Positions 21,480 to 32,531 of a stretch of 40,041 nucleotides of DNA are shown piece by piece. Under the pieces are notes generated by a model. It was not told where the DNA came from. It made no database searches and saw only the letters and a list, made by a program, of their open reading frames with translations. The DNA lies in NCBI GenBank assembly GCA_002269645.1, contig NIVC01001889.1:1-40041 (forward strand), in the 5' to 3' direction. How positions within the stretch are numbered: position 1 is the first letter of the stretch; the number at the start of each line of letters is the position of its first letter. This DNA is from Macrostomum lignano (taxonomy: Eukaryota). The translations under genes and the position numbers were made by a program.

Positions 21480-24400
21480 ATTCTTAAATGGGAAATCCAG
21501 TAAGAACAATCAGAAATTGCCAAGCTGTATTAGTAGACTCAAATATGAGATTCTACAGATCATTAGAGCGTGTCAGTCCCTATCTTCCCTAGAAAGAATC
21601 GTGTCTCTAGCTTAATCTGCTTTCCAGATATTCGAAGGCGGAGATTCCGGAAAATTTCTATGTATTTAAATAAGGGAAATCCAGGAAAATCAATCACAAA
21701 TTGCCAAGCTGTATTAGAAGACTCAGATATGAGATTCTACAGATCATTAGAGCGTGTCAGTCCCTGTCTTCCCCAGAAAGAATCGTGTCTCTAGCTTAAT
21801 CTGCTTTCCAGATATTCATTCAAAAATGGCGATTCCAGAAAATTGCAATGCATTCAAATGGTGAAATTCGCGAAAATCAATCAGCAATTGCCAAGCTGTA
21901 TTAGAAGACTCAGATATGAGATTCTACAGATCATTAGAGCGTGTCAGTCCCTGTCTTCCCCAGAAAGAATCGTGTCTCTAGCTTAATCTGCTTTCCAGAT
22001 ATTCATTCAAAAATGGCGATTCCAGAAAATTGCAATGCATTCAAATGGTGAAATTCGCGAAAATCAATCAGCAATTGCCAAGCTGTATTAGAAGACTCAG
22101 ATATGAGATTCTACAGATCATTAGAGCGTGTCAGTCCCTGTCTTCCCCAGAAAGAATCGTGTCTCTAGCTTAATCTGCTTTCCAGATATTCATTCAAAAA
22201 CGGCGATTCCAGAAAATTGCAATGCATTCAAATGGTGAAATCGCGAAAATCAATCACAAATTGCCAAGCTGTATTAGAAGACTCAAATATGAGATTCTAC
22301 AGATCATTAGAGCGTGTCAGTCCCTATCTTCCCCAGAAAGAATCGTGTCTCTAGCTTAATCTGCTTTCCAGATATTCGAAGGCGGAGATTCCGGAAAATT
22401 TCTATGTATTTAAATAAGGGAAATCCAGGAAAATCAATCACAAATTGCCAAGCTGTATTAGAAGACTCAGATATGAGATTCTACAGATCATTAGAGCGTG
22501 TCAGTCCCTGTCTTCCCCAGAAAGAATCGTGTCTCTAGCTTAATCTGCTTTCCAGATATTCACTCAAAAACGGCGATTCCAGAAAATTGCAATGCATTCA
22601 AATGGTGAAATTCGCGAAAATCAATCAGCAATTGCCAAGCTGTATTAGAAGACTCAGATATGAGATTCTACAGATCATTAGAGCGTGTCAGTCCCTATCT
22701 TCCCTAGAAAGAATCGTGTCTCTAGCTTAATCTGCTTTCCAGATATTCGAAGGCGGAGATTCCGGAAAATTTCTATGTATTTAAATAAGGGAAATCCAGG
22801 AAAATCAATCAGCAATTGCCAAGCTGTATTAGAAGACTCAGATATGAGATTCTACAGATCATTAGAGCGTGTCAGTCCCTATCTTCCCTAGAAAGAATCG
22901 TGTCTCTAGCTTAATCTGCTTTCCCTATATTCGAAGGCGGAGATTCCGGAAAATTTCTATGTATTTAAATAAGGGAAATCCAGAAAAATCAATCAGCAAT
23001 TGCCAAGCTGTATTACAAGACTCAAATATGAGATTCTACAGATCATTAGAGCGTGTCAGTCCCTGTCTTCCCCAGAAAGAATCGTGTCTCTAGCTTAATC
23101 TGCTTTCCAGATATTCATTCAAAAACGGCGATTCCAGAAAATTGCAATGCATTCAAATGGTGAAATTCGCGAAAATCAATCAGCAATTGCCAAGCTGTAT
23201 TAGAAGACTCAGATATGAGATTCTACAGATCATTAGAGCGTGTCAGTCCCTGTCTTTCCCAGAAAGAATCGTGTCTCTAGCTTAATCTGCTTTCCAGATA
23301 TTCGAAGGCGGAGATTCCGGAAAATTTCTGTATTTAAATAAGGGAAATCCAGGAAAATCAATCACAAATTGCCAAGCTGTATTAGAAGACTCAGATATGA
23401 GATTCTACAGATCATTAGAGCGTGTCAGTCCCTGTCTTCCCCAGAAAGAATCGTGTCTCTAGCTTAATCTGCCTTCCAGATATTCATTCAAAAAGGCGAT
23501 TCCAGAAAATTGCAATGCATTCAAATGGTGAAATTCGCGAAAATCAATCAGCAATTGCCAAGCTGTATTAGAAGACTCAGATATGAGATTCTACAGATCA
23601 TTAGAGCGTGTCAGTCCCTATCTTCCCTAGAAAGAATCATGTCTCTAGCTTAATCTGCTTTCCAGATATTCGAAGGCGGAGATTCCGGAAAATTTCTATG
23701 TATTTAAATAAGGGAAATCCAGGAAAATCAATCAGCAATTGCCAAGCTGTATTAGAAGACTCAGATATGAGATTCTACAGATCATTAGAGCGTGTCAGTC
23801 CCTGTCTTTCCAGAAAGAATCGTGTCTCTAGCTTAATCTGCTTTCCAGATATTCATTCAAAAAGGCGATTCCAGAAAATTGCAATGCATTCAAATGGTGA
23901 AATTCGCGAAAATCAATCAGCAATTGCCAAGCTGTATTAGAAGACTCAGATATGAGATTCTACAGATCATTAGAGCGTGTCAGTCCCTGTCTTTCCAGAA
24001 AGAATCGTGTCTCTAGCTTAATCTGCTTTCCAGATATTCGAAGGCGGAGATTCCGGAAAATTTCTATGTATTTAAATAAGGGAAATCCAGGAAAATCAAT
24101 CAGCAATTGCCAAGCTGTATTAGAAGACTCAGATATGAGATTCTACAGATCATTAGAGCGTGTCAGTCCCTGTCTTCCCTAGAAAGAATCGTGTCTCTAG
24201 CTTAATCTGCTTTCCCTATATTCGAAGGCGGAGATTCCGGAAAATTTCTATGTATTTAAATAAGGGAAATCCAGAAAAATCAATCAGCAATTGCCAAGCT
24301 GTATTAGAAGACTCAAATATGAGATTCTACAGATCATTAGAGCGTGTCAGTCCCTGTCTTCCCCAGAAAGAATCGTGTCTCTAGCTTAATCTGCTTTCCA

Positions 24401-26545
24401 GATATTCATTCAAAAACGGCGATTCCAGAAAATTGCAATGCATTCAAATGGGAAATTCGCGAAAATCAATCAGCAATTGCCAAGCTGTATTAGAAGACTC
24501 AGATATGAGATTCTACAGATCATTAGAGCGTGTCAGTCCCTGTCTTTCCCAGAAAGAATCGTGTCTCTAGCTTAATCTGCTTTCCAGATATTCGAAGGCG
24601 GAGATTCCGGAAAATTTCTGTATTTAAATAAGGGAAATCCAGGAAAATCAATCACAAATTGCCAAGCTGTATTAGAAGACTCAGATATGAGATTCTACAG
24701 ATCATTAGAGCGTGTCAGTCCCTGTCTTCCCCAGAAAGAATCGTGTCTCTAGCTTAATCTGCTTCCAGATATTCATTCAAAAACGGCGATTCCAGAAAAT
24801 TGCAATGCATTCAAATGGTGAAATTCGCGAAAATCAATCAGCAATTGCCAAGCTGTATTAGAAGACTCAGATATGAGATTCTACAGATCATTAGAGCGTG
24901 TCAGTCCCTATCTTCCCTAGAAAGAATCATGTCTCTAGCTTAATCTGCTTTCCAGATATTCGAAGGCGGAGATTCCGGAAAATTTCTATGTATTTAAATA
25001 AGGGAAATCCAGGAAAATCAATCAGCAATTGCCAAGCTGTATTAGAAGACTCAGATATGAGATTCTACAGATCATTAGAGCGTGTCAGTCCCTGTCTTCC
25101 CCAGAAAGAATCGTGTCTCTAGCTTAATCTGCTTTCCAGATATTCATTCAAAAACGGCGATTCCAGAAAATTGCAATGCATTCAAATGGTGAAATTCGCG
25201 AAAATCAATCAGCAATTGCCAAGCTGTATTAGAAGACTCAGATATGAGATTCTACAGATCATTAGAGCGTGTCAGTCCCTGTCTTCCCTAGAAAGAATCG
25301 TGTCTCTAGCTTAATCTGCTTTCCAGATATTCGAAGGCGGAGATTCCGGAAAATTTCTATGTATTTAAATAAGGGAAATCCAGGAAAATCAATCAGCAAT
25401 TGCCAAGCTGTATTAGAAGACTCAAATATGAGATTCTACAGATCATTAGAGCGTGTCAGTCCCTGTCTTCCCAGAAAGAATCGTGTCTCTAGCTTAATCT
25501 GCTTTCCAGATATATTCGAAGGCGATTCCGGAAAATTTCAATATTAAATGGGAAATCAGGAAAATCAATCAGCAATTGCCAAGCTGTATTAGAAGACTCA
25601 GATATGAGATTCTACAGATCATTAGAGCGTGTCAGTCCCTGTCTTCCCAGAAAGAATCGTGTCTCTAGCTTAATCTGCTTTCCAGATATTCGAAGGCGGA
25701 GATTCCGGAAAATTTCTGTATTTAAATAAGGGAAATCCAGGAAAATCAATCACAAATTGCCAAGCTGTATTAGAAGACTCAGATATGAGATTCTACAGAT
25801 CATTAGAGCGTGTCAGTCCCTGTCTTCCCTAGAGAAAGAATCGTGTCTCTAGCTTAATCTGCTTTCCAGATATTCATTCAAAAAGGCGATTCCAGAAAAT
25901 TGCAATGCATTCAAATGGTGAAATTCGCGAAAATCAATCAGCAATTGCCAAGCTGTATTAGAAGACTCAGATATGAGATTCTACAGATCATTAGAGCGTG
26001 TCAGTCCCTGTCTTCCCTAGAAAGAATCATATCTCTAGCTTAATCTGCTTTCCAGATATTCGAAGGCGGAGATTCCGGAAAATTTCTATGTATTTAAATA
26101 AGGGAAATCCAGGAAAATCAATCAGCAATTGCCAAGCTGTATTAGAAGACTCAGATATGAGATTCTACAGATCATTAGAGCGTGTCAGTCCCTGTCTTCC
26201 CCAGAAAGAATCGTGTCTCTAGCTTAATCTGCTTTCCAGATATTCACTCAAAAACGGCGATTCCAGAAAATTGCAATGCATTCAAATGGTGAAATCCAGA
26301 AAAATCAATCAGCAATTGCCAAGCTGTATTACAAGACTCAAATATGAGATTCTACAGATCATTAGAGCGTGTCAGTCCCTATCTTCCCTAGAAAGAATCG
26401 TGTCTCTAGCTTAATCTGCTTTCTAGATATTCCAAGGCGGCGATTCCGGAAAATTTTCTATGCATTAAAATACGGGAAATCCAGGATAATCAATCAGCAA
26501 TTGCCAAGCTGTTTTACTAGAGTCAAATATGAAATTCTACAGATG
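21480..26545. repeat. ~185-bp satellite, about 27 monomers of two types (A ~184 bp, B ~187 bp)
   Basis: Constant core aagctgtattagaagactcagatatgagattctacagatcattagagcgtgtcagtccc with variable segments tcgaaggcggagattccgg (A) or cattcaaaaacggcgattccag (B). Confidence 0.95.
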
Positions 26546-29500
26546 ACACCGACTGATACGCTCTAGTGATCTGTAGAATTTCATGTTTAAGTCTACTAAT
26601 ACAGCTTCCTTGACCAGGAGAAAGCAGTTTCCTGGACCCAGGGGACCAGGCACAGGAAAAGCAATGCTGAGTTTGCTAAAGACAGGGGGCCAAATGCAGA
26701 TGCTTCACAGATCGCAGACCCACATCTGGCCGCTCTGGAGACAACCGAACCTCTTTGTTCTTATTCTTCGAGTCACAGACCAAATCTCGAGGCTTGCCGG
26801 GACGAAAAATCAACACAGAAGGTTCTTCCCCCGATATGTATGACTGAGGCCGCAAAAAGTATAGCATTGGTCCAACAGAGCCGTATCTGTTGGACATATG
26901 CTCTGTCCAAGAAAGAGACCCGCTCTGTATCGATCGAGCGGTGAGATAAACCATTTTTATGGTCCTAGAGGCTTTTTTACTTCACTTTACCTGTCTATAT
27001 TGTATATGTTTGGAAATGGGCATGAGGATACCCACGGCATTCGGAACCCTTTATCTCTTTTGCTTCTTCCATTTAGAAGCAAAAATCTAATTTATTAGCC
27101 TCTCGAGCTTCTCCTTCCGACATCTTTTTTGCCACGCCACCAGGTTCCTACTGTCTCGTCCGATACTCCCCCGATAAGAAAAAAGTTTTTTTTCCAGCCT
27201 CTTTGTTTGATCCAGGCACGATCCATGGACTCCTAGATTCTACTGGACTGAAAGCGAAATTGCCGCCTGTACAAGATGAGGGCATTCTTTCTTCCCCCAG
27301 CCAGTCCGTTCCTCAGCCACCAAAAGAATCAATCATGGAAAATAAGTTTTGAGCGCAAGACAGAATCTCATTTATTGATGACATGCCAATGCCAATAACT
27401 ACTATTTCAGAATTCGGCACTGTTTATTTATGCAGGATTGGCAATTTAAAATAATCAGCAAACAGTTGGTGAAAAAATGCAGATAAATAACGTTTTAGAG
27501 TCACTAAATTATAGTGCAATCGAGGAGAAAAGGCAACAGTTATCCTTATTCAAACCACTTGTCAATGTACAACCCCACAGTCTGTGTCACTGTCTTTTCA
27601 TGCACTTGCTCACTTTGGCTTCAGGCTGGAACGCGATATGTACGCGTTTGCTTGTTTGGGATGCCGTGAGGGAAAGAGTGTTGCGGAGAAGGGCCCCCAC
27701 TCCTCTCTTCCTCAGAAAGGAACTTTGCCCCATGTTGTACAGAAAAAAATAATGTATTTTCCGTTTCCTGTCCGGGTGCTTATATATAGTCGTCCATGCA
27801 TGATCAGGGTTCTCAGACCATGAATAGAATGGGTTTCCACGATTTTTGTTAGCTATGCAGCTAAACAGATATAAATCTTGGTTTTGATACATTAGGAAGG
27901 CCTTCAACAAAGCAGAACCAAGAAAGCAAGGCAGAACAAAAAACGGACTTATAGCTAGCGTTCTCGAGGTTTCAGTCTCTTTGTGTATCGATGATGCCAG
28001 TTCACAGTCGCATAAGCTAGTAGTTTTTTCGGCAAATGCATTCGGGGCGGAGTCGAGAAATCAAAGCAGCTGATTGATGATTCCAAAACAGCTGTGGGAA
28101 ACGATATACGTTTCAATTAATACCAATATACAATCTAGAAATCTTGACATAAACTTTAGGCTATATACGAGTCGAGCTAATAACAAATCCGTTTGAATCT
28201 AATCACTGTCGCCCGTTAGAGGCACAACGCAGAAACGAATTTCTGCTTCAGTTGCTTCGGTTCGGTATCCCGATTTTTTAAGGCCAAATCCATGCAAATC
28301 GTGGCACACCACTCTTAAGGGGAAGAGGGGAGAAGCAGAGCTAGGAAATCTTTGTTTGGTTTGCTTTGTTCTTTCGTATAGAGCTTTGGTATATATTGGC
28401 TTAATTATATACATGTATACCGTATCACAAGTTACGAAAAATAAATGGTATCAGATATTTCAAACAGACTCAGAATAACAAGCAGTTGCATTCGCCGTTT
28501 CTTAACATCTGTACAAAAACTGCGAAAGCATAAGCGCCCTTCAAAAATCTCGAAGTCGAAAGCTGATTGAGATAGAGACATTCTTTTTGTGGGTGACACC
28601 GACTGGCACGCTCTAATAATCGGTTAGAATCTCATATCTGAGTCTCCATTAAAGTTATCTATGTCCTAACATGTATATACTAAAAACTATAATCTGACAA
28701 TAATAAAGCAACACAAGTATTAGGTTCCTCATTTTCAAATATAGGTACATGTATATTGATTGCAAGGAATTGAAAGCAAGACTCAGTTTATTTTACCAGC
28801 TAATTCTTACAAAAATGCTCACACAGGATGAATAGAAAAGGCATTTCTTGGAAAATTACTTGACCTGGGTGCACAAGTTTACGAGTCATTGAGAAATTTG
28901 CCTTTAGATAAAAGCTGCAATACTCTTTACTGAGAATTCGAATACTCAAATGACAAGCCTGCCAAGCATTGAACTTGAAGATTAACTCTAAAGTAATATT
29001 TAGCTTGACACTTAGTAACGCACTCATTTGAATATTTAGCATTCGGATGTAAACATACTGCACAAGGTCTGCACAAATTTGAAGGCTTTGGGGCCTTAGC
29101 TTAGTAATTTTTTGGGAGCAGTGAGAATAATCTCAACTATATAGTTGAAGAATCGATCGCGAAAAGGGGTTCATAACAATATGGCTTGATTAATAAAGCG
29201 GTCTAAAACGCAATTCATACGAGTATTTACGCAACCCTTAGTGCTTACTTTGTTCAGTGACTGTGATTCCCCTTTGTTAGCTTCCCTTAGGAAATGCAAT
29301 AAAGAAAGGAGACAGAGAGGTCTCGGATTTTACACAAGCCATATTAAGGACACGGAAACACCAGGTGTTCTAGGGTAGCGTTTTCGCAAACTATTCTCGA
29401 ACCAGCCTCGAATTCCTGGAAATCTAGCATAGAATTAGAATACGAGGCTTAAAAATAAAGTCTCGATAGCTAGTTTGATGCCTCAACAAGAGCTAGTTCC

Positions 29501-29644
29501 ATGGATTTTTCATAGTGGGATATCGTAGAAACCAGCACGACTTGTGTTGTGGCTGGCTCACAACACAAGCACAGGTTAACAAGAATATACACAGTAAGTC
29601 GCAAAGGTAATAAAATATTAATGGGGAGCAAGGGAACAACACAA

Positions 29645-29760
29645 GTATATATATACACACAAACACACACACACATATATATATGTTTTATATATATATA
29701 TGTACATATATATACACACACACATATATATATATATATAATATATATATATGTGTGTGT
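29645..29760. repeat. Compound (TA)n/(CA)n/(TG)n microsatellite
   Basis: Directly visible dinucleotide runs. Confidence 0.9.
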
Positions 29761-30218
29761 TTGTGTTACACTGACAGTGACACAGACTTCTACAAATGAT
29801 CGAGATGGGGGTTTAAAAATAACATTCATACATACTGTACATACAGACGACTCATTTTGGTATATAGGATAGGAAGTGAAGGCTTTCACAAGACTCCATG
29901 AAAACTTATGGCTCTACTTATTATCAGCCCTCTCCAGTCTTTATGGAATTCCAGCTGTTCTAGCTGCTTTATGGAATCACAGCTTTACTTCATCTTCTCT
30001 GGGACACAGCGCAGGACGAATCGGAAGATGTCGATGACGCTATCGATCCTGTTAACATAATTATTTTAGAAATGAAAGTCGATAATTGAATCTAATTAAA
30101 TAATTAAATAATAATTTAGAACTTTTTTAATTTACTGACAGGTGTTTATTTAAATTGATTGATAAAACACAGACACAAGTAAGTAGAAAGGCCAATGAAC
30201 TATATTTACCTGAGAAAT

Positions 30219-32180
30219 CTATTCATCGTGCCCTGCTAGTGGAATTACATAGAATGAGTCCACTGTCTCGCCCTCAGCTGCTGCCGAAGTCGCATGGGGT
30301 AGGAGCCAACATTTGCGGCTTGGTTGTCCAGTCGTGATCTCGGATGTCAGGTGATATACACCAATTCCAAGAAGCAGCGAAGGGAATGGATACGTATAGA
30401 GGCTTTCAGTAGGCCGCAGAATTCTACCTGACACTTTGCCGTTAATAGTCACGTGTTGAATTAGCACACACTGCGAACCAACGAAGCAGCAGTTGTCACC
30501 CTTCTTTGTGCTGTACTTTAAGGGCGGGAGACAATGATCCTTCAAATTCAAATTTCGAACTTTGAGCGCTTGAACAACAGCATGTGCAGCTGGATGCCTG
30601 GTGACTTTAATTTTCCTCTTTATGGAACCAAGATAGTTCTCAAAGGGAAAAGTCGAAAAGTTGTTCAGATTACCAAATTTCCTTACAAAGTAGTCGAAAT
30701 GAAGCAGAGCGTGAATGTTGTAGCTGATAGCTTTTTTGCCAAACATTTTGGACAATTGCTCTACAAAGACTTCGATACAACTTTTTGCTTGAGACCAAAG
30801 TTCAGAGTACTTCTCGGATGAGTAGCAGAACACGGCAAAGTGCAAAAGTAAGAAGTTTTTGTAAAGTTTTTCTGGTATGTATCTCTTAAAAAGTACAGGA
30901 CCCAGATACAAAACATACTGTCTGAATTCAGTTGCCTTCAGAAATGACAAGCACTTGTCAATGCGCCGTGGCCTTCTTTGAAAGTTGCTTGGAGTCCAGC
31001 AGGCAATTTCATCAATGTAGTCCGACAGATGTTTAACTGTTTTCCTAGAATGTTTGCAGCCTCCTTTTCCAAAATAAAAGTTCATAATTTTTCTCACGGC
31101 TCCAAGACAGATTGCATGCTGAAAATCGAGTGGGAACCAGTTCGCGAAGTCCATATTCGGCAAGTGCAGCAGCGGTGACAATATTTTAGATTCAGCTTGA
31201 TTGCTTTCACCTCCTTCGCGATATATCTGTCCACAACGACTCTCGGCGATGGTTGTTGAAAAGACAACTCTGTTGTCGTCACGTGAACCCACGGCTCTAC
31301 AGTATTGACAACCAACGTAAGATGTGTGACCGGATGTGCACATTAGGAAGTTGCGCGCAGGGGTGTCGCATATAAAGTAAATAGCGGAGAGCATGATGCT
31401 TATCTCATCGGAGATTTTAACGGGTTCAGATAAGAACATCGTCGCCTCCGCGCAGAATTCTTGCAAATATTCTTTTAATGGTGGCTTGCCTATACCAGCC
31501 CAAATTGCCACCGGAAATGGCTTAGCGAATGCTTTTGGAATTGTCATTAATAATGGCCACAAGCCAAATTGACTCGCACGGAAAAGAGGACATCCGTCAC
31601 TATTCAGGTGGGCCTCAAATGTGTACACTTTTGTTGAACCACTTGATTTCTGCAGATTTTCAGGCGCAAGTTGCAGTAACCCATGACGAGTTAATAGTTG
31701 GAGATTATTGAGTATTGAGATGTACTTAAAATGTCCATCCCCCATGGCCAGTAATTCCCCTACAGGAAATTCTTTCTTCAGAAGCCGTTCCAGTCGGAAA
31801 ACAGATTTTGGAGCAGGAATGCCGATTTCTCGAAGTCCGGCGAGAAGGAAAGCCATGGCGCTGCGAGAAATATTGTACGTTGAGAGAAATAGAAGAAGCA
31901 ATGCTTCTAGCTTTACTTCTAAAGGCCGATTATCTTCCTCTCTCTCCTCTTCTTCGGTGTCATCTTCGGAGATGTCGTCTGCATCACGATTCCACTCCAT
32001 CTCATCAAAGTCAACATTACTTAACTCTTCCTGGTCACCTTCATCGACGTCCATCCGTTGTTCTTCCGCTCCGCTTGATGCCTCTGTGGTGACCTTGTCC
32101 TGCTCTCTCTTTTCTTTATCAACAAATGAAGATAGCAAGTGCTTTGTTGCAAGTCGTTGCAAATTTTTCTTGGAAGACAT
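30219..32180 (-). CDS. EnSpm/CACTA DDE transposase (TnpD-like), 653 aa, single exon
   Basis: NSDGCPLF (D1), LWP, CDTPAR (D2), GCQYC, DFQHAICLG, PSNFQRRPR, KATEFR, YNIHALLH, STFPFENYLG (E): the motif series of animal EnSpm transposases; frame uninterrupted. Confidence 0.92.
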   Translation of the reverse strand: MSSKKNLQRLATKHLLSSFVDKEKREQDKVTTEASSGAEEQRMDVDEGDQEELSNVDFDEMEWNRDADDISEDDTEEEEREEDNRPLEVKLEALLLLFLSTYNISRSAMAFLLAGLREIGIPAPKSVFRLERLLKKEFPVGELLAMGDGHFKYISILNNLQLLTRHGLLQLAPENLQKSSGSTKVYTFEAHLNSDGCPLFRASQFGLWPLLMTIPKAFAKPFPVAIWAGIGKPPLKEYLQEFCAEATMFLSEPVKISDEISIMLSAIYFICDTPARNFLMCTSGHTSYVGCQYCRAVGSRDDNRVVFSTTIAESRCGQIYREGGESNQAESKILSPLLHLPNMDFANWFPLDFQHAICLGAVRKIMNFYFGKGGCKHSRKTVKHLSDYIDEIACWTPSNFQRRPRRIDKCLSFLKATEFRQYVLYLGPVLFKRYIPEKLYKNFLLLHFAVFCYSSEKYSELWSQAKSCIEVFVEQLSKMFGKKAISYNIHALLHFDYFVRKFGNLNNFSTFPFENYLGSIKRKIKVTRHPAAHAVVQALKVRNLNLKDHCLPPLKYSTKKGDNCCFVGSQCVLIQHVTINGKVSGRILRPTESLYTYPFPSLLLGIGVYHLTSEITTGQPSRKCWLLPHATSAAAEGETVDSFYVIPLAGHDE

Positions 32181-32531
32181 TTTGTTTGAAAGATGCTTTT
32201 ACCTGTAGTAGATTATTAATTGTATGTAGGTAAATCAGGTAAAAAGATGGGTAGGAAAGGTTAAGATAGGTTATGGTAAGTCGAATGCGATTATGTGTTG
32301 AAGATACATGATATTTGGTAAGACCCAATAGAAATTGGTTCCTGAGTTTATCAATGCTCGGAACCAATGAGATCGCCCTGTGCCAACCTCTCGAAGCTGA
32401 AGCCTTGCTTAAATTTTCTCAAATGAGCTTTTTTCACTTTGCATCAGATCAAATTAGCTAGATGTAAGAATTCTCATCGAATTCATAAAATATCTATCCA
32501 TCTATAGCATATAAAAACTATTTTTGTTATC

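Noticed and set aside
21480-26545. CRISPR-like appearance or repeated 74-aa ORFs (MSVPIFPRKNR...)
   Set aside because: The variable parts are two recurring variants rather than unique spacers, there are no cas genes, and the context is eukaryotic; the ORFs use GTG starts inside satellite monomers.
29541-29569. 11-bp perfect hairpin cttgtgttgtg / cacaacacaag
   Set aside because: Isolated and low-complexity, with no associated terminus or U-tract.
31708-32208. 166-aa plus-strand ORF
   Set aside because: Antisense shadow of the acidic transposase N-terminus.
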